Source of the DNA: Tubulanus polymorphus | Taxonomy: Eukaryota; Animalia; Nemertea | Direction of reading: 5' to 3' | DNA length: 64,000 bases | Assembly (NCBI RefSeq): GCF_964204645.1 | Contig: NC_134027.1 | Coordinates: 9,022,485-9,086,484 of the forward strand | Part shown: positions 13,979 to 44,300 of the stretch, one piece after another | Layout of the letters: each line of letters begins with the position of its first letter | Numbering within the stretch: the first letter of the stretch is position 1 | The notes under the pieces: model-generated | The model's input: the letters and a program-made list of their open reading frames with translations, nothing else | The model's database searches: none | What the model was told of the DNA's origin: nothing | Translations under genes and position numbers: made by a program

Positions 13979-16958
13979 ATAGAGGGGAAAGGCGTGCGCG
14001 ATATTTGCTGCGATTAAGGTTAGATTTGTTACGAGGACCTCCAGTAGATTATTTCATGTAAATTCGTCGCTCATCGTCACCATAAATATGGTTAGAACGC
14101 GCGTGGATTATCACCTGTTTCGCTCAGTCAATGCCAATGCAGCTCGTAAAAACGAAATAAATGAGTGTATTAATTAACGCATCAGTCACCTCAATCATGA
14201 ATTATTTAGTAGTTATGATATCAACCATCGGGTGGTTCACAAACTACGAATGCATTACAAAATTTGATTAAAACATCAAATCTACATTTTATAGTTAAAA
14301 TGCATGGAACAGGGGATGAATGGATTCAAATCTTTGTGGGAATCGAGGAGGTAGAGGAAAGGAAAAACAGATGTTCTTGTATATTTTTTTTGTAAATCAG
14401 ACAATGTCTATGCAATAAGGTTTTATTTTTAAAGAAAATATCAACAGGTTTTAACTGATAGCCTTGATATTTGATAATTGTTGATATTTGAATTAACACT
14501 GTCATACATGGGACGCACCTCCATACATGAAATTGCGATTATCCGATATTTCGTTCTCCCCACTAGGCAGAGTTAAATATTGAATTACACACAATCTTTA
14601 TATTCATATTGGTAAAATTGGTACCTATTTTATATAATTTGTAATCGCAATTATTTGCAAAATTGTAGCTCATGACATGCTCCATGATTATGGCAGGTTT
14701 CAAGGTCATTGGTTTCTGTTAATGAACAGCAGGGGGCGTTGAATAGAGCAACAACATGGTATTTTGTATAATTTGGTACTGTTTTTTTGTTACGACAATC
14801 AATTGCAAAATTGACATGCTCTATGATTGTGGTGAGTTTCTATTTACTGCTTTACTACATTTGTTCACCGTAGGCATGACGTCCCTGGGTCCCCATCTTT
14901 TCCAGATACCACAGTGAATTTGATTATATTTCCCCAGTAGTCCGTGGTCTGTTGTAACGTTTTGAGTCTGCAATGGATATTTTTTGATCGTTTTTATTCA
15001 GCTGAATAAAGATAACTGTAATGGTCGATTCGTTTTATTGTAAATACTAGCATTAGTGACAGCTGTCGTACAGAAGTAGATGAAGACTGAATATCTGCTG
15101 ATATTCATGGTACTGATAAGAATATTGTGGCAACTTTCAAAGCACTAAGCGTGCTCATCGACATGGCCAAGGTGTGCTATACTAAGTAGTCGGTCTATCA
15201 TGGTTTGTTCTTCTCAAATTGAATATATTTGGTATACAGCCTGTTGCATATGTGCTACTATTCAGCTGAAACTAACTCGAAGCCGAATGAGGATGTATCA
15301 ATTTTGGTACTAGAGGGGCCGCTGACCTGGATAACCTGAAAAACTCAGGGAATCAGAGAAATCTAGAAAAAAAACCAGGGAATTTGGATGAACTGTTGAC
15401 CAAAATTGTAACAGCGTAAACCAAGGGATTTCTCCATTCTCCTGGTAGGGAACAAACTCAGGGCATTTGTAAATGGGTGGAAAGTGGTCACCCTGTGGTA
15501 CAGAATATAATGGATTGTTTGTCAGGTGGTAGCATAGATGTCGAATAGTGCCAGTTCTCTATATCAGAATAGAGCCGGCCAGTTGTCATGCCAAAACCAC
15601 CTTATGAATTGCACATTATATTAGATGAAATACCATTACAGCAGTCACAGTCACAGACCCATAGTATTTATTTCCTCATATACTCCATTCACTTTCTCGT
15701 TCGCAATTTCCCTCGTCTAATTGGATGCATGCAAATCAACTCATTTATACGATGACGACAGTGGACTTATGATATTGGCTGTTGGAGGCATTTGGTTGCC
15801 GTATAGAGAAGTAAAGCCTCCGTATGTCCAAATGCACACACCGGGTCAAAAGTTAGCTGTAAATTGCTGATCGCTATCATCTGGACTAGCAAATGCGCCC
15901 AGCACTGTTACTTGTACTTCCAGTAAAGTTACATCGATTTCAACTTAAGTCAAAAATGTATATAGTAGAACTTGGAGGTAATGCAGATGACCAGGGACTC
16001 AGCCCAGAATTCTTCGAATTAAGTAAAATCTGAATTATGAATGATGGTTTACAAGGTTCCAGGTTAAATGGGCAAAATATTTCATACAAATAAATGAAAA
16101 TTTGGATTGAAAATTCTGAATTGTATGAATCCTGCTGTATACAGAATTGTTGGTACTCTCTGTAGCAAAACCTGTCACATGATGAGAAAAACTAATGAAA
16201 AGAATGATTACAGAATAGCTACTTAAATTACTTTCTGTCGAAGAAAAAAAATAATCTATTTTTCACTTTAAGGAAATGAAAAATATAAATGCCGGGTTAA
16301 TATCAATAAGTTAGGGTGCAGTTACAGAGCACACAGGCTGTAACAATTCTGGCCATGCCTGTGATGACTGTACCAAAGTGACTGTACCAAAGTAACCAAA
16401 AATAGATTTTCTAGTGACTTCATCTTGAAAATGGTTTTAATGTATGATTTTCGCGAACAACCAGACCTTGTTGTGTTACCTATCTTTTAAAAAAGAAGTC
16501 GAGTTGTTCGTTCGAAAAAACACATGGAAATATAGTTCTACCCAGAAGAACAAAGAGAGAAAAGAACGTGTCTCACCTGAATTCTATCCTTTGCGATTAT
16601 TTCCAGCGGAATGCACTCAACAGATAGTAATCCATTTGTTGTTAATCACTCAATAAAACTCCTTCGCGCACAATGTAGAGACGAGTTGATTGCTCTGACG
16701 TAATGGCTCAACTAGCGACAGAGTGGACCCGAACTTACTGACGATGATGATGTTTGTAACGGTTGTTTTTTGTTTCGAAATCGTGTTTCAGTCCCTCGAG
16801 TCGGCGTGTAAGAAATCGCGATGCCGTTAGTGCCGTCAGTTGATGGCGCTTTGCGACGTTTTTTTATTCAAAGACAGCGACGACAAACTAATTGATGAGA
16901 TATATCGCGTGACGAAAATTTCGTCCATTTTTTTCAGGCTTCTTCAGTTTCTACTTAC

Positions 16959-17440
16959 TGCACTCGAATGGAAAACAAAATATGAAACGCTCCTAGAATT
17001 TCTGTTAAAAGATTTACCTCAGCGTCGCGAAACGGCGGTGAAATTTGTATTTGGTAATCGCCGACGATTACCATTGAGAGACGTCTTCGTTTAAAAGTAA
17101 CGAGCGATTGATTTGGTGGTTAAATTTTTTGCGCTCACGGAGAAATAAGACGTTGCCGATAGTGAGAATAACCGAAGGATTTCACGAAATCCGGTCCGCG
17201 CGAATGAGACGTCGATTTTCCGTCTGGTCGAACGTCGTCGTCGTCGGTTAACCATCGATTAACTCGAAAAAATGAGCCGCGCGATCAAACGATCGCTAGT
17301 TATGATATTTCAATAATCTAGTTACTAAGCTCGTACGGTTACGGCTCGTGCTACGGCGATTCGATTATAAACAGTCAGATTCAAGCTTGCCGCAGTAGAA
17401 ACTTTTCAGCGCGTAGATGACGTGACGTAGATGACGCACG
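16959..17440 (-). promoter_or_regulatory. CpG-rich promoter-like region with clustered CRE half-sites and a possible antisense non-coding first exon
   Basis: CpG-dense relative to flanks; TGACGT-GACGT-aga-TGACGC at 17418-17437; minus-strand donor GCA|GTAAGT at 16959/16958. Confidence 0.3.
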
Positions 17441-18404
17441 CATACGTTTGCGGTCTGGTCTGCTGCTCCCCGACGCGTATAGCGTTTATTAGACGAGAGC
17501 GATATTTAGGAGGTGATAGCGCATATTTAACTTCTGCCGTTCAACAGATGGTCGGAAGGATGCGCGCGGGTTTCGTTCATTGGTTCATTCATGCGAGCTA
17601 TCAACGCTCGCCGATGATTAATCTACATGGTCGAGCAATCGGGTTATTCACCCGTGTCAAATACTGGCTAAAACAACTGTTGTACAAGCGTGTACTATTT
17701 AGCGTTAAGAGATGCCTGTACTACTAGAATCCCCCATACGGATCACCGTCCTATTGACAAGATTTATAGGTCCGCATTGGGTTGATTTGTAACGAAGGTT
17801 AGAAAACGATTTTGGCGCGCAACGCATCGATTGTATACGTTCTTTGCCGAACACTTCAAATTCAACAATAAATGGCACGATTAAATACTTCTGTTGTTTG
17901 ATAAATATTGCCTCGGTTTCCCAATCGGTATGCGGCTTTTACGAATATTTATGTCTTCTACATTTATTGCCGAATATGTCGAATTTTTGTCGAAATTGAT
18001 AGTAATCGAGTACGCGCGCACATGCGCAGCGTAATCAAATGTGCGCGGGCGTAATCCATTTCATTTTTAATAAAAACCATTGACAGCCGCATTATTCATT
18101 AATGACTTCATTCGTATGACAATAATTAACAGTATAGTTTATGGTACCAATCGTAAGGTAAAATGTACTCACGAGTGTTGGCTGAAAACGAGTGAGTGAT
18201 CGAAAACGATACGAATGATACCCCGATGGAGATATTTCAGTAGTGCGGGGCGACATCAACGAGATGAGTTCGTCGGCGATGAACAGAATCTAAAGTGTTT
18301 CATTCAGCTCCGTACTGGTAAGCTAAGTAGTTGAACAACAGACACGCGTAAAAACAGACAATTCAAGAATAAGGGTTACACGGAAGTCCAAGATTTGTTC
18401 CTGT

Positions 18405-19015
18405 ACCATCTGTCTGTGGGTCTGCGTGTGGTCTATTTTTCAGCTACTTAGCTTGATAATAGTGACTTGATCTTGATGAAAATTGGGTCCGATGTTTTGA
18501 TCTTAAAATAGGGATTGTCCCCATTATTTATTTATTTGGCTGGTAAATTTTGTTTGATTTTTTGATTGAGTGTCCCTTACAGACCCACCACACCTGCCGG
18601 GAGCGAAACAGGGGGTTTGATTTTGAAACCGGAAATCGAAGTACAGATATAGATGTGTGATCGGCGGTCGAGTTAACAGAATATTTTTAAATCGAAGTAC
18701 ATAATTGGAAATTCAGTTCCGGTTCATCTAAACAATCTTCCATTCAGTCTGAACAGTATAGGGGTCTAGTTGTGCAGTGCTTAGAACAGACCCAGTGCGC
18801 CCCCTAGTGGCAGAACTAGGCACTAAAAACTGTTTTCTTTTACCTTTTACTTTGAAGATGACCTCATAACTGAGCAACGGGGTTGAAATTCAAAAAGGTG
18901 TCTCCGCAAAATTCAGCTATTGGCCCTAGAAACAACATATCCAAAATGAAATGGGAACTAACGTATGGTAATTTCGGAGTTCCAACCTCAGCTCGAGAAC
19001 CATTGTCGCCTGTTC
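18405..19015 (+). mobile_element. Helentron/DINE-like non-autonomous element with a family-B insertion (18500-18745)
   Basis: Colinear with 35170-35510 (gatcttgatgaaa, ggggtctagttgtgcagtgc, gaactaggcactaaaa, gctattggccctag, taatttcggagtt). Confidence 0.55.
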
Positions 19016-19656
19016 GAAATCTTCAGTTTATATATCATGTGTGTATTCAAAGTCAGTAAATCGATCCACAAACACAGATCTCACATCTGCAAATGTGCAC
19101 GACATTTTGTTATCGACAAAGTGTCACTTCATTTCTTCTGTGTTCTCTGCAGTTTCATATTACATCAGCGGTATAATATATATTTCTTTTCATTTGACGA
19201 TGTTCAGATATCCCGCGCAAACAAAAAGTCGACATATGTATTTTATGTATACGAGATTAATTACTGATTAATTCGATACTGTAATCACTCAAATAAATGC
19301 TGTCTAATACTGTCTAGATTTCTGAAGTCTGAATATGATTTTTAATCGAGCGTGGTTTGAATTGATGTCGGCCATAGCAACGAAACGAGCTTATAGACGT
19401 GTCTCCAATTCTCTGGTAATTCGCTGTGTGACATCGGAGGAAGATGATTTGAAAATAATTTCCTGTCTTAAAGCGGCAATCTTTTCCGCTATTAGAATTG
19501 ACATTATCACGTATTGAATCAGTATCTAGACACAATGATGAGACTGGTGATTCCGAAATTGACCTTTTGCCCGATCCGTAGACGTATACGTGTAGTATTT
19601 TTCCTTGCCGGAATCCGATGTATGACAAGAAATTTTCAATCAATACTCCAGCTTTT

Positions 19657-19800
19657 CAGCGTTCTCCACACCGGGTTTTAGAGGGACAGCCACCCCTCTC
19701 ATTTATGTCAACCTTTCTGAAATTCGGCCACCCCTTATAAAGTATGGGCTGCCCCCTACCAGAGTCATTTTCAATATTCAATCAGTGCTGATTATATTAT
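19657..19800 (+). repeat. Dispersed repeat (DNA transposon end); second copy at 24716-24860
   Basis: Shared cagYgttctccaca..ggtttt..gaggg...cccctaccagagt. Confidence 0.55.
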
Positions 19801-19988
19801 ATATTTGAGCTGATGTGAAAAATAGATGATCACACCAATATTCAGCTCAATTTTCTGTATTTTTGGGGGGTATCAAAAGCCTTGCCATTTCAGCAGCAAC
19901 GATGTCATACATTTAACAACGAATGCAGCCTCGGAGAACACTGGGTTTGTGATCACTGTGTGTACATATATTCTCTTTTTCATTTTAG

Positions 19989-38089
<18,101 letters not shown>

Positions 38090-38379
38090 TATACATTTAA
38101 AACATATGGATAATAGACAGCATTTATAAAGCTAGAGTATTTAAATGAACTGCTTTCCGTCAATATTTTGACTTCACAACTGTGGAACTGGGTTATCTAT
38201 TTGAAGATGTTAGAAAATGTTAAGTGTCGAATTTCCTTGACACTTAAGTATCTAAGTGGTTGGGGAATAAGTTAGTGAAATGCTATGTGTAATATACGTT
38301 ATACACAAAATTATTCCCAAACCACTATGCATGAATGCGAATGCCATAAAGGCGATATTTTGATTGAAAAGCTTCAAAT

Positions 38380-39738
38380 CATCTCCATAGTCATTATCAA
38401 CTGTAATTATTTTATCTTAAGTCACAACATCGGCCAAGTGATAACGAAATTTTATATCTTTTTGTATGTAATGCATTTGCTGGAAGCTGGTCTTCGAGTG
38501 TTAGTACGTATTTCAATGAATGATATGATTTTGAGAAATAAAAAGAATAAGTGTTCATAATTGAAATTTTTATTGATTGATCGTATTCGTGAAATTGTGG
38601 ATTTCTTCGGAAGGAAAAAATGATTTGCCATCATGGTTTGTGGTCTTCCACTACACATCCCATTCGTCTAATGATTTTTCAGTTTCCAATTTTTGCCAAT
38701 GGTGCCAAAAACTACATACAAAACTGGCGTTTGTCTGACTAGACCATAAGGTGCTGCCCCTATCCTCATCGTACGCGGATTTTCCATACACTAACATGAA
38801 TCTTACTCTGGCAATTAAGGACAGCAATTGCCAGAGTCGGGTTCATATTAGTGTATGAAAAGTCCGCCAACGATGAGTATAGGGGCAGCACCTATGTGTC
38901 CACTGTTAAACGCGCAATCGACATTCCACATTTCTAACACAGAGTCAACCATTTTCATTTGAAGTTAACTTCTTCTTTCAGTTAAGTTCCCCAGTTTCGG
39001 AATGAATATGATAAAGATGCAAATTCAAAAGATGGCTAAACATCTTCTCCATAGTCATTATCTATTGTAATTATCAAATCTTAAGTTACAACATCTAAAC
39101 ACAAGTAATAATGAAATTTTATATCTTTTTGTATGTAATGCATTTGCTGGAAGCTGGTCTTCGAGTATATACATATATCTGTATTGTTAGTATGTATTTC
39201 AACGAATCATATGATTTTGAGAAATAAAAAGAATAAATGTCCATAATTGAATTTTTTATTGATTGATCGTACTCTTGAAATTATGGATTTTTTCAGAGGG
39301 CAAAAGTGACTTTGTTATCATAGTCTTTCACTACACATCCCATTTGTCTAATGATGATTTTACAGTTTCCAATTTTTACCGATGGTGCCAAAAACTTGAC
39401 ATACAAAACTGCTGTTTGTCTCACTAGACCATCAGGTGCTGCCACTATGCTCATCGTATGCGGATTTTCCATACACTAACATGAATCTTACTCTGGCAAT
39501 CAAGGACAGCAATTGCCAGAGTCAGCTTCATATTAGTGTATGAAAAGTCCGCCAACGATGACTTTAGGGGCAGCACCTATCAGTCCACTGTTAAGCGCGC
39601 AATCGTAATTAACGAACATTTCACATTTCAAACACAGCTCAACGTTGAAGTTTGAAGTTAACTATCTTCTAGTTAAGTTCCCCAGTTTATTAGAATGAAT
39701 AACATATAGACACTAATTGAAAAGATGGCTAAAACATC
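38380..39738 (+). repeat. Tandem duplication (~670-690 bp x2) of the LRRCC1 3' end region
   Basis: Units ~38380-39045 and ~39046-39738 are colinear, each with AATAAA (38537, 39223) and the same hairpin element. Confidence 0.9.
38749..38893. mobile_element. Near-fully palindromic MITE (duplicate at 39434-39578)
   Basis: aggtgctgcccctat...ctctggcaatt / aattgccagag...ataggggcagcacct. Confidence 0.8.
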
Positions 39739-39741
39739 CAG

Positions 39742-39835
39742 GGCCGGTTTTATTGACTGGTATTAACTTTAACTCGGGGGTTAACTTGAAAATGAATTGA
39801 GTTAGCCCCCGGGTTAAAGTTGATCAAACCGGCCC
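39742..39835. mobile_element. Harbinger-like MITE with CAG flanks
   Basis: cag|ggccggttt ... aaaccggccc|cag with internal ttaacttt/aaagtt symmetry. Confidence 0.65.
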
Positions 39836-40189
39836 CAGCTAAATAACTTTTGAACAACTCTTTGGGCCATATTTTGTCGTACGCGAGCAAATGCACGACG
39901 AAAAAAAGATGTATTTACCAGTTTTATCCTTCTACGACGTCAGGAAGTCACAGAGGAATTGCATGCTCCCTAATTACATGCCATTTTGAAAAAAATTAAG
40001 AGATTCCCACGAGCTCGCTGTGCGTGATATAATTACAGAACTGCACTGCTAGCATATAAATTTTGTAGTTGCATGGCCGAGTTCTCGGACGGTTAGTAGC
40101 AACCAGGGCCTTCCTTCTTTGGAATCTGATGTCTTTAATGCAAAATAAATTACCTTCGTGGGAATCAAGTATTGCCTTGAATAGAATAC

Positions 40190-40470
40190 TAGCTCAAGGA
40201 AACATTTTCGGACTTAATTCTATTTTCCGTTTTATATAGAGAATCCCACACTAATTCAACGTGAAAGATGAAGTCCGAAAAGTTTCCTTAAAGCTAATGA
40301 TTTAATGACGTTTCGTCGATAACCTAAAAGTCATCTTCAGGAATGACTTTTAGGACTTAATTTTTTCTCGTTATATTAGTGTGGTATTCTCTCTATATGT
40401 CGTCACGGACATGGTGTTTCAGTAATGGTTATCATTTTCCGTTATTATTGTGGGATTTTCTTTAAATCAA
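40190..40470. mobile_element. Rearranged Penelope-like remnant with degenerate hammerhead core on the minus strand
   Basis: Minus strand CTGAAGA...GAAACGTC (40340-40307) with broken stem II; several nested inverted segments; tattgtgggattt tail as at 10045. Confidence 0.45.
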
Positions 40471-41399
40471 GTACTGAGACTAAGCCGTCTGGTAAAAAGA
40501 CATAAAACATAGTTCTTATTCAAGCGAACAAATTTAGTCTGAAAATGAATGGCAGACATTTTTGGTTTTTGGGTTCGAAATCTTGATTTAAGATTTAACA
40601 TCGATGATAATGAAAAAGATTATTATATTTTCTAATGTGTCTACGTTTAACATTCCTGAGATGCGTAATTCAAAAGAACTCGGTATACGCACGGTATGTA
40701 ATAACTCAAATATGTACGTAAATTGCTTAGATCACGGGACATCCCCGGGGATCAGCCATAGATATTTATCCCTAATCTGGATTACCCAGACATGATACCA
40801 TTCATTTTTTCCATACAAAAACAAAAAAAAATAAAAAACCTATGCTTATTATATATCAAATGTAATCTACCAGAGATCACATTGGCATTCGCAAAATTCT
40901 TTATGATCCCAGATGGATTTCGTCTGTGATTTCGTATGCTCTCCTGGCATAAGAATTGAGTGGTATAATCCCACGTATTGAATTGAGCATTGTTCTTGTT
41001 TTTACGCATTTATTTCTGTTGCAGGCGTTGTTACTATAACTCAAGGACTGACGTATTGTTATTACAAACATACAACAACGACGCACGCCATCTGTTCTGT
41101 TGAGCACAATATTAAGTGACCATCGAGCACATTTATCAAATTTATCTTGGGGGATTATTCAATTAAAATCGATTCGAAAATGTGGTATTTTATTGCAGCG
41201 CTCTCTACTACGTAAGTTTCCTACGGAGTGGCGGTTTCGCCCACGCCAGCTGTTGTATAGGCCAACTCGTCTGCAATTCAGAGGCGTTCATTCAGTCGTC
41301 TGTCATTCGTAGCTAGAGTACATGTACATAAAAGGCTTTTCTATCTGCGAAAGGGCGTATTATTTTTCAATTATTTCATACGGCAATTAAATCCTGTTG

Positions 41400-44300
41400 A
41401 TGATGGGAGACACTACGAACAACGTTGAATCAGCAGAAGTGAACAGTCCACCGGCTATTTCGCCTCTCGGAACTCCTTACGCAGACCTGCCCCATTTCGT
41501 CAATGAAGATGGGGAATATATATTTACGAAATGCTGGGAACCGTCCGGACCACCAAGGTTAATACGTATAGGCAATGATCGGTTATGTGTGTTTTCTTTT
41601 TCAATTTCTCGCTTAGTTTCTTTTAAATAGCTACATATATATTTGATTTTTGTTTTCAAGAGCATTGATCTACATCGGTCATGGAGGCGGAGAACATTGT
41701 GCGAGATATGAAGAGTTGGCATCGATATTAGTAAACGAAGGTTACTACGTATTCTCTAACGACCAAGGTGAGTTTCCGTATCCTCCAAGCTATTGAAAGA
41801 TAGATTGAAAGAACCTATCCGACGCAGAACGTTTTCCCAATTAGAGTCGTTGTAACTTCTGGAAGACTTTATTTAGTATTTAATACTTCATGGGCGAAGG
41901 CGAGGGGGGGTTTTGTAAACTTTACACTTTGGTGTACAAGGAGGGGGGTTGTTTGAATATTCAAGGGGAGGGATGATTACCAACAGGACCTCTTTTATGG
42001 ATAATAATGTAGGCTACCGTATCTGTGCTCTATACTGACAAGTGCATTACACGACTTCGTGCATTTAACTTCGAATTAGAGAAGAAATTTTGCAATTTTG
42101 TGTGGAAATCTTTTATGGACGCCCATTAAAATACACTGTATGGATATATGTCTATATTTAAACAATCCTGAAACAATAATCTATATGACATCTCATTCTA
42201 TGCTACAGGGATCGTACGTTGTACATTTTGAATAGTTCCTTTAAACTATGCTGTTGAATTATGAATAAATTCTGACTCGAATTGGTGCGGATCCAAAGTA
42301 TCAACGTATAATTAGGCTAAGCTTATTTCGGCGCCGTTTACGCAGCTGCGTTGATTTTACGTGTTTGTGGTGAATTCATTCGTATGCCACTTGTTAGAAT
42401 ATATATTAAACGTTTGAATATATATTATTCAACGTTTGAATATATGTATGTTTTATGAAGATTTTTGTTGGCATCTCCCCAAAATGTCGAGGAAAATCTA
42501 TCTTCACACTGATTATACCATAATGGTTTTGATAATGGTTATTAGTGAAAAAACAAAAAATTCGGATTTTTAGAAATAAATTTTGATCTCTAAGATGGGT
42601 TAGTACCCTGTTATTTAATTGATTGGTAGATTTCGTTTGATTTGATTTGATTGTCATCCCTTACGAACCCACCACAACAACCGGGAACGAAACAGGGTAA
42701 CGTTTCGATGTTTAAACTTTTCGGCTTCGTGATCATGGGACAAATATTAAACTTTCCAGAAATCCTCTCGGTGTACAGTATGAGTTGCTCTTCAGGATAC
42801 GCGTAGCCCTATGCATAGCACGTAACTATAACACGGATCATGCATCAATAAAATTGATCAATCTTATTTTTTTGGTTTCAGACCGATTCTATTAACAATC
42901 GAGTATCAATTGCTTTGCGAGCATTGTATAGGCATAAAAATACATGCTATCATGATCTACGACCGTTACAGGCGGTCGTACCATAAACCGCAGGCGAGTG
43001 CGCGATTTTTACCGCGTTCACAGATGGTCCCCTTATCGATTAAGCACGTAATCAAAATAATAATCTTCATTAAGGCAGATTCAGATTCCAGGGTTTCGTC
43101 ATTGGTTTTGCATAAATTCCGTACAAATTTCAATGCCTAGACTTGTTAATGTCAGTTAGCACTAATCCATTGACGCGATAGCACGGAGACAATTTGAGCC
43201 TGGTCAAATTGGCGCGGATCAAGCCCGAGTCAAATTTATTGAAAAAATAGCCAAATTTAAAGAGAGCGGGCTCACACATAAACCAATCACTCCATTAACA
43301 ATACCTAAACAAATCGAAGCGAGTCATTTCCGGAACCTGTAGCAATTCACACGCAATGATTTGACCCGTGCCAAAATTTGAACAGCTGTTCCGAGCCTAA
43401 CTTGGGCCAGGCCAAAAATGCTCGTGTAATCGCGGCTTATATTGGCAAACTCATATATTTGCGCGTATTTAACCAAGGTTCATGGGAAATGTGAATAATG
43501 TTTTGCAAAATGTTAAATATGTATAAAATCGGAAAAATACTCTCATTGCATAGGGATAGGTCTCGGCTTTCAGTTAAATCGTCGGACAAGCTTTCTGATA
43601 TAATTAGTGAACTTTTCGGTCAAGGAGGGCACAAAATGGCTAATGATATAAAGAATATTCCCCCGACTATAGCTCATAATTATTTGAATGAACTTTGAAG
43701 TCTGTTCTAGGGGTAATTATGGACGGTTTTTTTTTATGTACATTGACTAGACCGTGAACATTCGTGTATCAGCACGGCTCTAGATTCGTAAGTTCAAGTT
43801 TAAGACTAGCTATACGACATAAACAGCTGTCACACCTATAGAAACAATGGTATCCTTCCCGTCACAATAGCATTTTGTAACTGATATGAATATTGTAGAC
43901 GTTTGAATAAGGTTTCGTTGATTGTACCGCCGTATGATTTTATTCATTGCCTTGCAACATACACGCCGATAAGCTTGGTAAACACCACCACATTCAGCAG
44001 GTTTGGTGGGTTTGTAAGGGACACCAAATCGAAACGAATCAAACGTAATCTACCCATCAAATTGATAACGGGGTCAATTCCTACTTTAAGATCGACACCA
44101 ACACCTTTCTGCGCTTTCGTATTTTTTCGTTCGGTATTCAGTTTACGGCAAGCCATCATAGTCAGTCAGTCAATCGCAAGCCGTCGCGTAGGTCCGAAGC
44201 GAAGGGGTTCGGGGGTACCGAGTGAACCCCCTAAAACGTTCCATTCTAAAAGCCAGTGTAAAAAATTTTAGTCAAGATTTTACGAAATTTTGGTATAAAT

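Noticed and set aside
16840-17094. Plus-strand ORF with a good ttttttcag acceptor at 16937 as a possible LRRCC1 exon
   Set aside because: The peptide does not resemble the expected upstream LRRCC1 segment (E/R-rich RWKAEQ region) and has no convincing phase-1 donor.
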